The position numbers and the translations under genes were made by a program. Below the pieces are notes generated by a model. The model saw only the letters and a program-made list of their open reading frames with translations. It searched no databases and had not been told where the DNA came from. From the NCBI GenBank assembly GCA_022842625.1, contig JALHPG010000003.1:53503-117502 (forward strand): 64,000 bases of DNA. Direction: 5' to 3'. The DNA is from Bacteroidia bacterium. Lineage in GTDB: Bacteria; Bacteroidota; Bacteroidia; B-17B0; Aurantibacillaceae. Below, one piece after another: positions 48,810-57,731 of the stretch. Every line of letters starts with the position of its first letter. Position 1 is the stretch's first letter.

Positions 48810-49280
48810 ATGAAAAAAGAACATCATTACAAAACAACAATAACATGGACCGGTAATTTAGGAGAAGGCACTGTAGACGCCAGATATTATAGTCGCGATC
48901 ATACACTTTCTATTAAAAATAAAGAAGATATCTTTTGCTCGTCTGACACACCCTTTAGAGGAGATGGCACAAAACATAATCCTGAAGATCTTTTTCTTTA
49001 TGCATTATCATCCTGCCATATGTTATGGTATTTACATTTATGTGCAGATAACGGTATAACCGTTGTAGAGTATGTAGATAATGCCGAAGGGATTATGCAA
49101 GAAAACGAAGGTGGCGGTGGTAACTTTAAAGAAGTAACATTAAAGCCAACTATTACAATTACAAATAAAGACCATATTGCCAAGGCAAATGAATTACATG
49201 TATTAGCAAATAAAAAATGTTTTATTGCCAACTCTTGTAATTTTGCTGTAAAACACGAGGCTAATTATTTGGTGAAATAA
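48810..49280 (+). CDS. OsmC/Ohr family peroxiredoxin-like protein
   Basis: HHYKTTITWTGN, SSDTPFRGD..KHNPEDL..ALSSCHMLWYLHLC, ANKKCFIANS (two catalytic Cys). Confidence 0.9.
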   Translation: MKKEHHYKTTITWTGNLGEGTVDARYYSRDHTLSIKNKEDIFCSSDTPFRGDGTKHNPEDLFLYALSSCHMLWYLHLCADNGITVVEYVDNAEGIMQENEGGGGNFKEVTLKPTITITNKDHIAKANELHVLANKKCFIANSCNFAVKHEANYLVK

Positions 49281-49281
49281 A

Positions 49282-49410
49282 AAACCACATAGAAACATAG
49301 AAAAAAAACCTGATAGGTACACAAAGTTTGAATCGCCAAGGCGATTCAATAACTATGTTTCCTTAAAAATTTAACTTTAAATTTAAAACCTATGTGCCTA
49401 TGTGGTTTAA
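49282..49410. repeat. CATAG/CTATG-type structured repeat, family B, copy 2
   Basis: Left arm aaaccacatagaaacatag (49282-49300); right arm ctatgtgcctatgtggttt (49390-49408); perfect internal hairpin ttgaatcgcc-aa-ggcgattcaa (49328-49349). Confidence 0.82.
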
Positions 49411-49431
49411 TTTATAAATTTTAGAATAAAA

Positions 49432-51582
49432 TTATTTCACCAATTTCATTTCGTTCAATAAATATCCCGCTCCGGCGTATTTATCGATCATCCACAATGT
49501 AAAGCGTACATCCAATACAATGTTTCTGCAAAAGTCACCATTGTACATCACATCACTCATGGTGCCTTCCCAGTTTCTGTCAAAGTTAGTGCCAATTAAT
49601 TCACCTTTTGCATTTATAACAGGGCTTCCGCTATTACCACCTGTTGTATGATTGCTTCCTGTAAAAGCAATTCGTAGTTTTCCGTTCTTATCAACATACG
49701 GTCCGAAATCTTTTTTCTCAAATAATTCTAATAAACGAGGCTTAACGTAAAAATCTTCTAAACCTGTTTTGTTTTTTTCTACCATTCCATCAATAGTTGT
49801 GTAGTGTAAATTTAACACACCATCCTTAGGCTGATAATCGGCCACCTTACCAAAGGAAACCCTCAAGGTGCCATTTGCATCAGGATAAAACTTTTTATCT
49901 TTTACATTCTCTTTTAAACCCTTCATGTAAACTTTTTGAAGATCATTTATCTGTCGATCAAAATAACCGATTTGAGGAATAACTGTTTTTTGATAATGCA
50001 AGTAGATACTTGAAGCAACTAAATACATTGGATCTCTTTCATATAAAGAAGCACTTTTTTCAAAATCACTAAACATCAATTTAGCTTTTTCGTTATCAAT
50101 AAAGCTTGAGTTGTTATATAAAAAGTCGGTTAGTGCATTTACATTACCATTATGCGCTGTTAAAAGAGAATCTAAATAACGCGGCATAAACTCTCTATCT
50201 GTAGCTGCAACATAAGCCTCCAGCATAGCTTTACACAATTTCCTGTCTGTTTCTTTATTAAAGTTTTTAAATGGCAACACCGGTTTTGTGTCCTTTAATA
50301 AAGTTTCAAATTTATTTTCTTTACCAAGTTGTTTCTTTTTTAATTCGGCAAACACCGGCATAAAACTGGCAGATAATCTAAAAGCATCAACACCCCATAA
50401 ACATTCTGTAAAGTAATCGTACTGTTTACTTAAAGGCGCATATTCCTGATAGGTTCTTTTAAACTCATTAAATAAGTTTTTATATAATTCTTTTTTTACA
50501 GGATCAGAAGATACCAAAGCCAAAAATTCATCTTCCTGTTTTTTCTTTTTTTCAACCGCATTTGATTTTATCAACCCCGCCATTTCACCACTCCACTTTT
50601 TATAGGCGTTAGCAACACCTGCATATTTAGCGGTATACATTAAACGCAGCGTGTCATTCTTCTTCATGTCTTCATCCATTATAGCCAAACGTTTGCCGCG
50701 CAAATTAACACGCAAGGGATCTTGTTGTTTAATTAAAAGATCTACCGCATAAGAAGTTAAGTATTCTTGTGTTCTTCCGGGAAATCCGTAAACCATCGTA
50801 AAATCACCTTTTTCTGCTCCTTTTAAAGAAATTGGGAACGAATGAATTGGTTTGTAAGGAATATTTTCTGCATTAAAATCGGCAGGTTTATTTTCTTTGC
50901 TTGCATAAATTCTAAACATACTAAAATCGGCATTATGACGTGGCCATACCCAATTATCGGTTTCACCACCAAACTTACCAATACTCTCAGGCGGTGCGCC
51001 AACTAAACGAATATCTTTAAAGGTTTCTGTTACAAATAAATAATATTCATTACCATAATAGAACGGGCGAATAAAAGCTTCGTAATGGTTATCTTTTTTA
51101 GCAAGGGTTTCTAAACTTTTAATGGTTGCTTTTATTGCAGAATCTTTCTGTATCTCAGAAAAAGTAGATTTTATAGACTCCATTACTTTTACTGTAACAT
51201 CTTCTATCTTTTTAATAAACGTTACAGTTAAACCCGGGCAGTTTAATTCTTCGCTTGGTTTCATTGCCCAATAACCATTTTTTAAATGATCATTCTGCAC
51301 TGTACTTAATCCTGCAATAGCAGAAAAACCACAATGGTGATTAGTTAATATTAATCCTTTGGTAGAAATAACCTCAGCCGTACAGCCTCCGCCAAATATA
51401 GCAACTGCATCTTTCATACTTGCTTTATTAATGCTGTAAATTTGCTCAGCAGTTAATTTAAAGCCGTTCTTTTTCATGTCTTTAATGTTTAATGCCTCAA
51501 TTAATTGCGGCATCCACATTCCTTCGTCTGCTTTCCCTAAAAAAGTTACCAGTACAAAAAGCAATATTATTTTATTTTTCAT
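49432..51582 (-). CDS. dpp11: S46 family dipeptidyl-peptidase, DPP11 (Asp/Glu-specific) type
   Basis: ADEGMW, LTNHHCG, TDNWVWPRHNADFS, TTGGNSGSPV, and FDRNWEG (Arg at the S1 specificity position, as in DPP11; DPP7 has Gly). Confidence 0.88.
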   Translation of the reverse strand: MKNKIILLFVLVTFLGKADEGMWMPQLIEALNIKDMKKNGFKLTAEQIYSINKASMKDAVAIFGGGCTAEVISTKGLILTNHHCGFSAIAGLSTVQNDHLKNGYWAMKPSEELNCPGLTVTFIKKIEDVTVKVMESIKSTFSEIQKDSAIKATIKSLETLAKKDNHYEAFIRPFYYGNEYYLFVTETFKDIRLVGAPPESIGKFGGETDNWVWPRHNADFSMFRIYASKENKPADFNAENIPYKPIHSFPISLKGAEKGDFTMVYGFPGRTQEYLTSYAVDLLIKQQDPLRVNLRGKRLAIMDEDMKKNDTLRLMYTAKYAGVANAYKKWSGEMAGLIKSNAVEKKKKQEDEFLALVSSDPVKKELYKNLFNEFKRTYQEYAPLSKQYDYFTECLWGVDAFRLSASFMPVFAELKKKQLGKENKFETLLKDTKPVLPFKNFNKETDRKLCKAMLEAYVAATDREFMPRYLDSLLTAHNGNVNALTDFLYNNSSFIDNEKAKLMFSDFEKSASLYERDPMYLVASSIYLHYQKTVIPQIGYFDRQINDLQKVYMKGLKENVKDKKFYPDANGTLRVSFGKVADYQPKDGVLNLHYTTIDGMVEKNKTGLEDFYVKPRLLELFEKKDFGPYVDKNGKLRIAFTGSNHTTGGNSGSPVINAKGELIGTNFDRNWEGTMSDVMYNGDFCRNIVLDVRFTLWMIDKYAGAGYLLNEMKLVK

Positions 51583-51606
51583 TTTTGTTTTATAATTTAA
51601 AATTTA

Positions 51607-52950
51607 TCATTTCCCTAGTCCCGCCATTTTCATAGCGTCTAATTTTATGGCGCTATCTAATGGTATCTGTAAATAATTACTTTTTTGAGTTGCTTTTTTT
51701 AATAAACCCGGAGCCTCTCTAATTTGTTTTGCGTAAACCTGAATTTGTTTATTTTTTTCTGCACGAGCAGTATAAGTTTTTGGAGACGTATATAATTCGT
51801 AAGCATCGTTAATAAACGTATTTCCAAAAATTGGTAAGTTTCCATCAGAATATAATATCATGATAACCTGATTACTTTCAATTTCTTGTTTAAGATCTAA
51901 TTCCCAAACCTCAACTTTTTCTCCCGGGCGAGGTGATGGAACTACACGATTTGCGTAATACCAAAATTGCCCATTCGCAAAGCATGCCTGCCCTACTCCC
52001 ATATAAACCGGACCATACCAATAGCTATCAGAAATTGTAAGTACACGTGTTGTATTTTTTAAACTGTCATTCTCAAATTGAATTAGAGGATATGCCAACT
52101 TCATATTTTGCTCGGGATTAGAATATAAATTCATGCTTTTTAAAACATCCGCATCACGACTTCTTGCAGTATCAACCACATCAATTTTATTCCAAACAAT
52201 ATTTGGCATATCGCAATGATGCAATTTTTCGATGTGTTTAATGATAGTATCAACCGCTAAACATTCGCCGTAATAACTCCAATGATGTCCGAATTTAGGG
52301 AACAAAGCATGCGGAGATGTTGGTTTTAATTTTTCGAAATAAGAATAAAGGTCTAAATAATTTAAGTTTAAGTTTTTGCTATTAGCCGCAAATAGATCGT
52401 GATTTGTTTTTTGAATTGGATGAACGTATTTTTTTTCGATAAACTCTTTACAAGCTTGTCCCTTGCCCGGAGCGTAAACCAACAACAGATCAATTCCTTT
52501 TTTCTTTAATGTATCCTGAACAACTTTAGCTTTTTCTAATAGAGTTTTTACTTTTTCTTCTTTCAACAGATCATCGCCATAGGCTGAAAAAATATAGCTT
52601 TCGCTAAAAACATAATCTTCTTTACCTAAAACAAATCCATTTACCCGTATTTGATTAAATGCTTTATAATAGAACTGATTATTTAAGCGAACCATTTTTT
52701 CTTTGTAAGGCCAATGATCGTTTATATAATCTTCCTGTGCTAACTGATAAGAACCATCAAACCAGGCTTCTTTTGAGAACACAGGTTTTTCATCGCTAAT
52801 TACAATACCAATTAAATTTGGTTTATTGTAAGTAACATCTTCCTCCCCATCTCTTCCCTGATAATTAAGATAAGTATATATCAACGGCCAAACAAGCGCA
52901 AATAAAATAAGCACATGATGAATTGAATATGTTTTTTGCTTAGCCGACAT
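51607..52950 (-). CDS. AlgJ/AlgX-like SGNH O-acetyltransferase
   Basis: Single N-terminal TM helix; MVRLNNQ; LLVYAPGK; GHHWSYYG; TISDSYW; shares a 1-nt overlap with the MBOAT gene. Confidence 0.75.
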   Translation of the reverse strand: MSAKQKTYSIHHVLILFALVWPLIYTYLNYQGRDGEEDVTYNKPNLIGIVISDEKPVFSKEAWFDGSYQLAQEDYINDHWPYKEKMVRLNNQFYYKAFNQIRVNGFVLGKEDYVFSESYIFSAYGDDLLKEEKVKTLLEKAKVVQDTLKKKGIDLLLVYAPGKGQACKEFIEKKYVHPIQKTNHDLFAANSKNLNLNYLDLYSYFEKLKPTSPHALFPKFGHHWSYYGECLAVDTIIKHIEKLHHCDMPNIVWNKIDVVDTARSRDADVLKSMNLYSNPEQNMKLAYPLIQFENDSLKNTTRVLTISDSYWYGPVYMGVGQACFANGQFWYYANRVVPSPRPGEKVEVWELDLKQEIESNQVIMILYSDGNLPIFGNTFINDAYELYTSPKTYTARAEKNKQIQVYAKQIREAPGLLKKATQKSNYLQIPLDSAIKLDAMKMAGLGK

Positions 52951-54362
52951 TAAAATCTAAAATAAATAAAAGGGTTAAAATCTAATGCTGTAATAAAACT
53001 TAATGAGGTATAAAATAAAACAATACTAACTAAAACCGCTAACCATTTCCCTGCGTTTGAAAATTGTTCGCCATATAATTTGTCTTGCAAAGTTTGAGTT
53101 GATTTGGTAATAGCAAAAAACGAAAACAAAAATGCTAACGAGGCCATAAAAATAAAATCGTTATTTAAAGCAAATTTACCATCAAAGAAGTTGAACGAAT
53201 ACATTTGTTTAATAACGTTAACACCATAACTTAAATTTTCATTTCTAAATAAAACCCAACCTGTTATTACGATAATAAATGTGATTGGAACAGAAATAAA
53301 TTTTCCTAGTTTTAAATAAACCTTTCCTAAAAATAAACGTTCAAGAATTAAAAATAAACCGTGGTAAGCGCCCCACAACACAAAATTCCAACTAGCACCA
53401 TGCCATAAGCCTGAGAACAAAAACACGATGATCAAATTACGATAAAGTTTAGCGTTACTATTTTTATTTCCACCTAATGGAATATATAAATAGTTCTTCA
53501 TCCATTCGCCTAAAGTAATATGCCATCTGCGCCAGAACTCATTGATGCTTGCCGAAGTGTAAGGATTTTTGAAATTTTCAGGGAATCTAAAGCCCATCAT
53601 TTTACCTAAACCAATGGCCATATCGCTATAGCCACTAAAATCAAAATAAATTTGAAAGGTGTAAGCCAATGCGCCAACCCATGCAGCAGCTGTATCGAGT
53701 TGCTCGGGTGCTAATTTAAAAACAGCATCGGCTTGCATACCAAGCGTGTTGGCAATAATTGTTTTTTTAGCAAGACCTAAACAAAAAATTAAAAAGCCAC
53801 TTAGCTTTATGTTAGGCGTGTAATTTTTTTCACGATCGGTAATTTGATCGGCAATATCGTTGTAACGAACAATTGGTCCTGCAATTAATTTAGGGAACAA
53901 TAAAATGTAGGTTTGGTAATGCCAGAAGTTTTTAAGCGGTTTGTGAACGCCTCTGTAAACATCTATTACATAAGTTAAACTCTCGAATGTGTAAAATGAT
54001 ATACCAATTGGTAACACCACTTTTAACCAGGAAATTTCAGTTCCAAGAAGCGCATTAATATTATCAATAAAAAAATTACAGTATTTAAAATAAAACAGTA
54101 AACCTAAATTTAAACAAAGCGAAACAACTAAAAATTTATTTTTTGCCGACTTCGTTTTTTGGTTGTGCATGGCATTTACCAAAAAATAATCTAAAAAGGT
54201 CGTGCCAAGAATTACGAAAATAAATTTTGGTCCGCCCCAACTATAAAAATAAATACTGCCAATTAAAATTACTGCATTTTTAAATTTATGCGGCACTAAA
54301 TGGTATAGCAATAAAAATATTGGAAGGAAATAAACTAAGAAAGTTATGCTGCTAAAAACCAT
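52950..54362 (-). CDS. MBOAT family O-acyltransferase (AlgI/PatA-like)
   Basis: MVFSSITFL, LPIGISFYTF, FPKLIAGPIVRY, QIYFDFSGYSDMAIG, FWRRWHITL, GLWHGASWNF, FNPFIYFRF. Confidence 0.93.
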   Translation of the reverse strand: MVFSSITFLVYFLPIFLLLYHLVPHKFKNAVILIGSIYFYSWGGPKFIFVILGTTFLDYFLVNAMHNQKTKSAKNKFLVVSLCLNLGLLFYFKYCNFFIDNINALLGTEISWLKVVLPIGISFYTFESLTYVIDVYRGVHKPLKNFWHYQTYILLFPKLIAGPIVRYNDIADQITDREKNYTPNIKLSGFLIFCLGLAKKTIIANTLGMQADAVFKLAPEQLDTAAAWVGALAYTFQIYFDFSGYSDMAIGLGKMMGFRFPENFKNPYTSASINEFWRRWHITLGEWMKNYLYIPLGGNKNSNAKLYRNLIIVFLFSGLWHGASWNFVLWGAYHGLFLILERLFLGKVYLKLGKFISVPITFIIVITGWVLFRNENLSYGVNVIKQMYSFNFFDGKFALNNDFIFMASLAFLFSFFAITKSTQTLQDKLYGEQFSNAGKWLAVLVSIVLFYTSLSFITALDFNPFIYFRF

Positions 54363-54430
54363 GTTATATTAAGGCACACAAAAATAAGATTATTTACGGA
54401 TGCTACAAGGAGGATTTTCACAAGTATTTT

Positions 54431-54446
54431 CCCCTTTTAGGGGGAT
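54431..54446 (-). repeat. short GC-stem palindrome, family C, copy 2
   Basis: ccccttttagggggat, the reverse complement of 27606-27621. Confidence 0.45.
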
Positions 54447-54455
54447 TTTTGACTT

Positions 54456-55388
54456 CTAGTTTTTGATTATTTTATAATAAGAATGGCCTTGTTCATTTTC
54501 TACCTTAGCAGTTAAAATACCTTTTGCCAAATCTGAAAGGTTAATTTGAAAATTTCCGGCTTCTGAAAACTCATGATCATAAACCAAATCGCCTAAAGTA
54601 TTATAAATACTGACTTTGTAGGGCTTATCCAATTCAATAGTAAAATTACCGTTGTTTGGGTTGGGATATAGTTTTAAAAGGGAATTTGAAATGGAGTTTT
54701 TGTTTATACCAACACCGGCTGGCACATAATCACAAATAGACGAGCTTGGGTTATAAAGTGGAAAGTTATTATCGCTATAACAAACAAAATTACCAAATAT
54801 AGGACCATCGATTATACAATGATTATATGGAAATAAAAAGCCAGACAAACCAGCGATTTTCTCTATCATCGTTAAAGAATATGAAGGAGAAGTTTGAGTT
54901 GAAACTTTTATTTTTCTTAGAAAAATGTTATTTATCATAACATGTCCTGTATCAAAAACAGTTAAGGTTGATCGAACATAATTTGGTAGTGGAGGTAAAC
55001 AAGTACTATTAGGGTATTTTATCCCCAACCATTTATCACCAATATTAGCGTTAAAATTAGCAATCGTATCAAAATTAAAAGAATCTGTGTTATAAATATA
55101 AACCACCTTATTACTCTCGTAGGTATTTATATCTACATAATTATTCAATGTTGTTGTGGGAGAAGTGGGCCACATAGTTTTACCTATATAAGTACCAACC
55201 ATGTTATTACAAACTATACTATTTATTAAAACAGTATTTGTAACAGTCAACTTTAAATGACCATCATAATAAGGATACATATTTGCATAAACCCTATAAT
55301 GCCATGTAGCACCAGGCGGACACCACATTTGTGCATTGATCTGCAAACCAAAAATTGTTACGAAAAGAATAAATAGAATTTTCTTCAT
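54456..55388 (-). CDS. T9SS type A sorting-domain-containing protein
   Basis: Signal peptide; WCPPGATWHY N-terminus; C-terminal LKLYPNPNNGNFTI...VSIYNTLGDLV...INLSDLAKGI...YYKIIKN. Confidence 0.88.
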   Translation of the reverse strand: MKKILFILFVTIFGLQINAQMWCPPGATWHYRVYANMYPYYDGHLKLTVTNTVLINSIVCNNMVGTYIGKTMWPTSPTTTLNNYVDINTYESNKVVYIYNTDSFNFDTIANFNANIGDKWLGIKYPNSTCLPPLPNYVRSTLTVFDTGHVMINNIFLRKIKVSTQTSPSYSLTMIEKIAGLSGFLFPYNHCIIDGPIFGNFVCYSDNNFPLYNPSSSICDYVPAGVGINKNSISNSLLKLYPNPNNGNFTIELDKPYKVSIYNTLGDLVYDHEFSEAGNFQINLSDLAKGILTAKVENEQGHSYYKIIKN

Positions 55389-55451
55389 GTATAAATTATA
55401 TACTACAATTTACACATAAAATCCGAGAAAAAAGAAATTAAAAACGATGAA

Positions 55452-55802
55452 CTATAAATGTAAAGAAGCTTTTTTAGCAAGCAATTGTTCTTCTGTCTCT
55501 ACGTTATCTTCATCAGAAATACAACAATCAACCGGACAAACTGCTGCACATTGCGGTTCATCATGAAAACCTTTACATTCGGTACATTTATCGGTTACAA
55601 TAAAATAAACATCCATGTTTTTAGGTGTTTGAGGAGCCGCGGCATCCACTTCTTCTCCACTGTTGTGGCCTTTATATAAACCCTTCACTCCGGATCCATC
55701 GGCATAACGCCACTCGGCGCCACCTTCATATATTGCATTATTAGGACATTCAGGCTCGCAAGCACCACAATTAATACATTCGTCTGTTATTTTAATTGCC
55801 AT
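55452..55802 (-). CDS. 2[4Fe-4S] ferredoxin (YfhL/Alvin type)
   Basis: [12 protein letters not shown] and [22 protein letters not shown]. Confidence 0.93.
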   Translation of the reverse strand: MAIKITDECINCGACEPECPNNAIYEGGAEWRYADGSGVKGLYKGHNSGEEVDAAAPQTPKNMDVYFIVTDKCTECKGFHDEPQCAAVCPVDCCISDEDNVETEEQLLAKKASLHL

Positions 55803-55837
55803 TTTTTTACTTAGTTTTGTTTTTTGAAAATAGGGTA

Positions 55838-55845
55838 CAAATATA
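55838..55845 (-). promoter_or_regulatory. -7 promoter element (TAtaTTTG) for the ferredoxin gene
   Basis: CAAATATA on the + strand, 36 bp upstream of ATG 55802. Confidence 0.55.
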
Positions 55846-55857
55846 CGACCTAATACT

Positions 55858-56880
55858 ATGACTTTAAAACAAAGAATAGACGGATTTGTTCAAGTTGGAT
55901 TGTTTATAAAAAGACATTTTAGCGAGCAAAAACCTAACGAAACACAATTACACCAAGGCTTAGATAAGCTTATGGAAATGGCTCATATATACAACAACTG
56001 GTTTATACCCGAATTTGTTAAAGAATCTATAATTAACATTTCGGAACTTTTAAAAGAGGATGATCTGATCAAATTCGCTGAAATTATTAAAGAAAAACCT
56101 CAAAAAACCGTTGCTATTATTTGTGCCGGCAATATTCCAATGGTTTCTTTTCATGACATTTTATGTGTGTTATTAAGCGGGAACACCGCTCTTATTAAGC
56201 TTTCGAGCGATGATAATGTATTGACCCCTTTCTTTTTAAAGCTTTTAACCCACTATGAACCCGAATTTGAATCGCAAATTTTATTTGCCGAAGGAAAATT
56301 GGGGGCTTTTGATGCTGTAATTGCTACCGGCAGTAACAATACAGCGCAACACTTTAAGACATATTTTGGAAAATACCCACATATTATTCGTAAAAACCGC
56401 AGTTCTATTGCCGTTTTAACAGGAAAAGAAAGCTCTGAAGACCTGAAAAATTTAGGAAAGGATATTTTCCTTTATTTTGGCCTTGGTTGCAGAAATGTGA
56501 GTAAAGTGATGGTTCCTGAAGGCTACTCTTTTGACAAGTTTTTTGAATCTATTGTAGACTTTGGCTTTGTGGTAAATAATAAAAAGTACGGCAATAATTA
56601 CGACTACCACCGGGCAATTTATTTACTGGAATCCATGCAGTTTTTAGACAATAATTTTTTAATGATCAAAGAAAGCGCCGATCTGCACTCGCCTGTTGGG
56701 GTTTTATATTACCAGTATTATAAAAACGAGAAAGAATTAGCCGACCATTTAACGTCATTAGGTGAAGAATTACAGTGTATTGTAGGAAAAAATCACCTCC
56801 CTTTTGGTTATTCACAACAACCTGTTATTACTGATTTTGCAGATAATGTAAATACATTAGAATTTTTAGTAAATTTATAG
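55858..56880 (+). CDS. acyl-CoA reductase (LuxC-like)
   Basis: [46 protein letters not shown]. Confidence 0.88.
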   Translation: MTLKQRIDGFVQVGLFIKRHFSEQKPNETQLHQGLDKLMEMAHIYNNWFIPEFVKESIINISELLKEDDLIKFAEIIKEKPQKTVAIICAGNIPMVSFHDILCVLLSGNTALIKLSSDDNVLTPFFLKLLTHYEPEFESQILFAEGKLGAFDAVIATGSNNTAQHFKTYFGKYPHIIRKNRSSIAVLTGKESSEDLKNLGKDIFLYFGLGCRNVSKVMVPEGYSFDKFFESIVDFGFVVNNKKYGNNYDYHRAIYLLESMQFLDNNFLMIKESADLHSPVGVLYYQYYKNEKELADHLTSLGEELQCIVGKNHLPFGYSQQPVITDFADNVNTLEFLVNL

Positions 56881-56886
56881 TGGTTC

Positions 56887-57729
56887 ATGAATAGATTTAT
56901 AAAGGTCATATTTTTACTATTTGCTTGTATTAGCGTGCATGCGCAAGTGCCAACTGCTACTATTGTTAGTCCGTCGGCAACATTGTGCACCGGCGCATCC
57001 TTAACATTCACTACCATAACAACAAATACACCTACAGCTTATAGCTGGTCTGTTTCTCCAAGCAAATCCGTTTCGGTTTTACCGGATTTTGGCAGTCCTT
57101 CTATTACTTTCACTTTTTCTTCAGGAGGAACTTATGTTATTAGCCTTTTGGTTTCAAATGCCTCAGGTTCTAATATAGCAACAAGTACTGTAATTGTTAC
57201 AAAATCTGCAAAAGCATCCTTTAATGCCAGCCTAACATCAACAGGTTTTCCAAACGAATTAGTATTAACAAATTTTTCTACCAACAGCCTTTCCAATCAA
57301 TGGCTTTTTAATGATGATCTTGCTGCAAACACGACTTCACTAAATACCATAAAAAATTATTCGGTTAGCGGCAATTATTCAGTTACCCTAATTGCTTATG
57401 GTAATTCAGGATGTAACGATACATCTCGTTATGCGTTTAGAATTGGCGATTCTTCGGGTGTTACTTTACCAACGGTTTTTTCGCCTAATGGGGATAATGT
57501 AAACGACATATTTAAACCAATTGCAAAAGGTATTTCTAAAATGAATGTTTCTATTTTTAACCGTTACGGCACAATAATAATTAGCTGGGACAGGGTTAAT
57601 GGATTTTGGGATGGTCACACTACCAGCGGCGAGCGTTGCGAAGCCGGTGTGTATTTTGTAATATTGGAAGCTACTGGTTTTGATGGTAAGTCATACAAAT
57701 TAAAACAGAGTTTAACTTTAGTCCGATAG
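56887..57729 (+). CDS. PKD-domain protein with a gliding-motility-associated (T9SS type B) C-terminal domain
   Basis: Two PKD-like repeats (YSWS...GTYVISLLVSN; GNYSVTLIAY); LPTVFSPNGDNVNDIF...IFNRYG...WDG...GVYF...LTLVR. Confidence 0.9.
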   Translation: MNRFIKVIFLLFACISVHAQVPTATIVSPSATLCTGASLTFTTITTNTPTAYSWSVSPSKSVSVLPDFGSPSITFTFSSGGTYVISLLVSNASGSNIATSTVIVTKSAKASFNASLTSTGFPNELVLTNFSTNSLSNQWLFNDDLAANTTSLNTIKNYSVSGNYSVTLIAYGNSGCNDTSRYAFRIGDSSGVTLPTVFSPNGDNVNDIFKPIAKGISKMNVSIFNRYGTIIISWDRVNGFWDGHTTSGERCEAGVYFVILEATGFDGKSYKLKQSLTLVR

Positions 57730-57731
57730 TT

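Noticed and set aside
48646-49410. Calling the family B elements canonical integron attC sites
   Set aside because: Only one GTTRRRY core matches, the RYYYAAC cores do not, and there is no integron integrase in the window. They are kept as an unclassified repeat.
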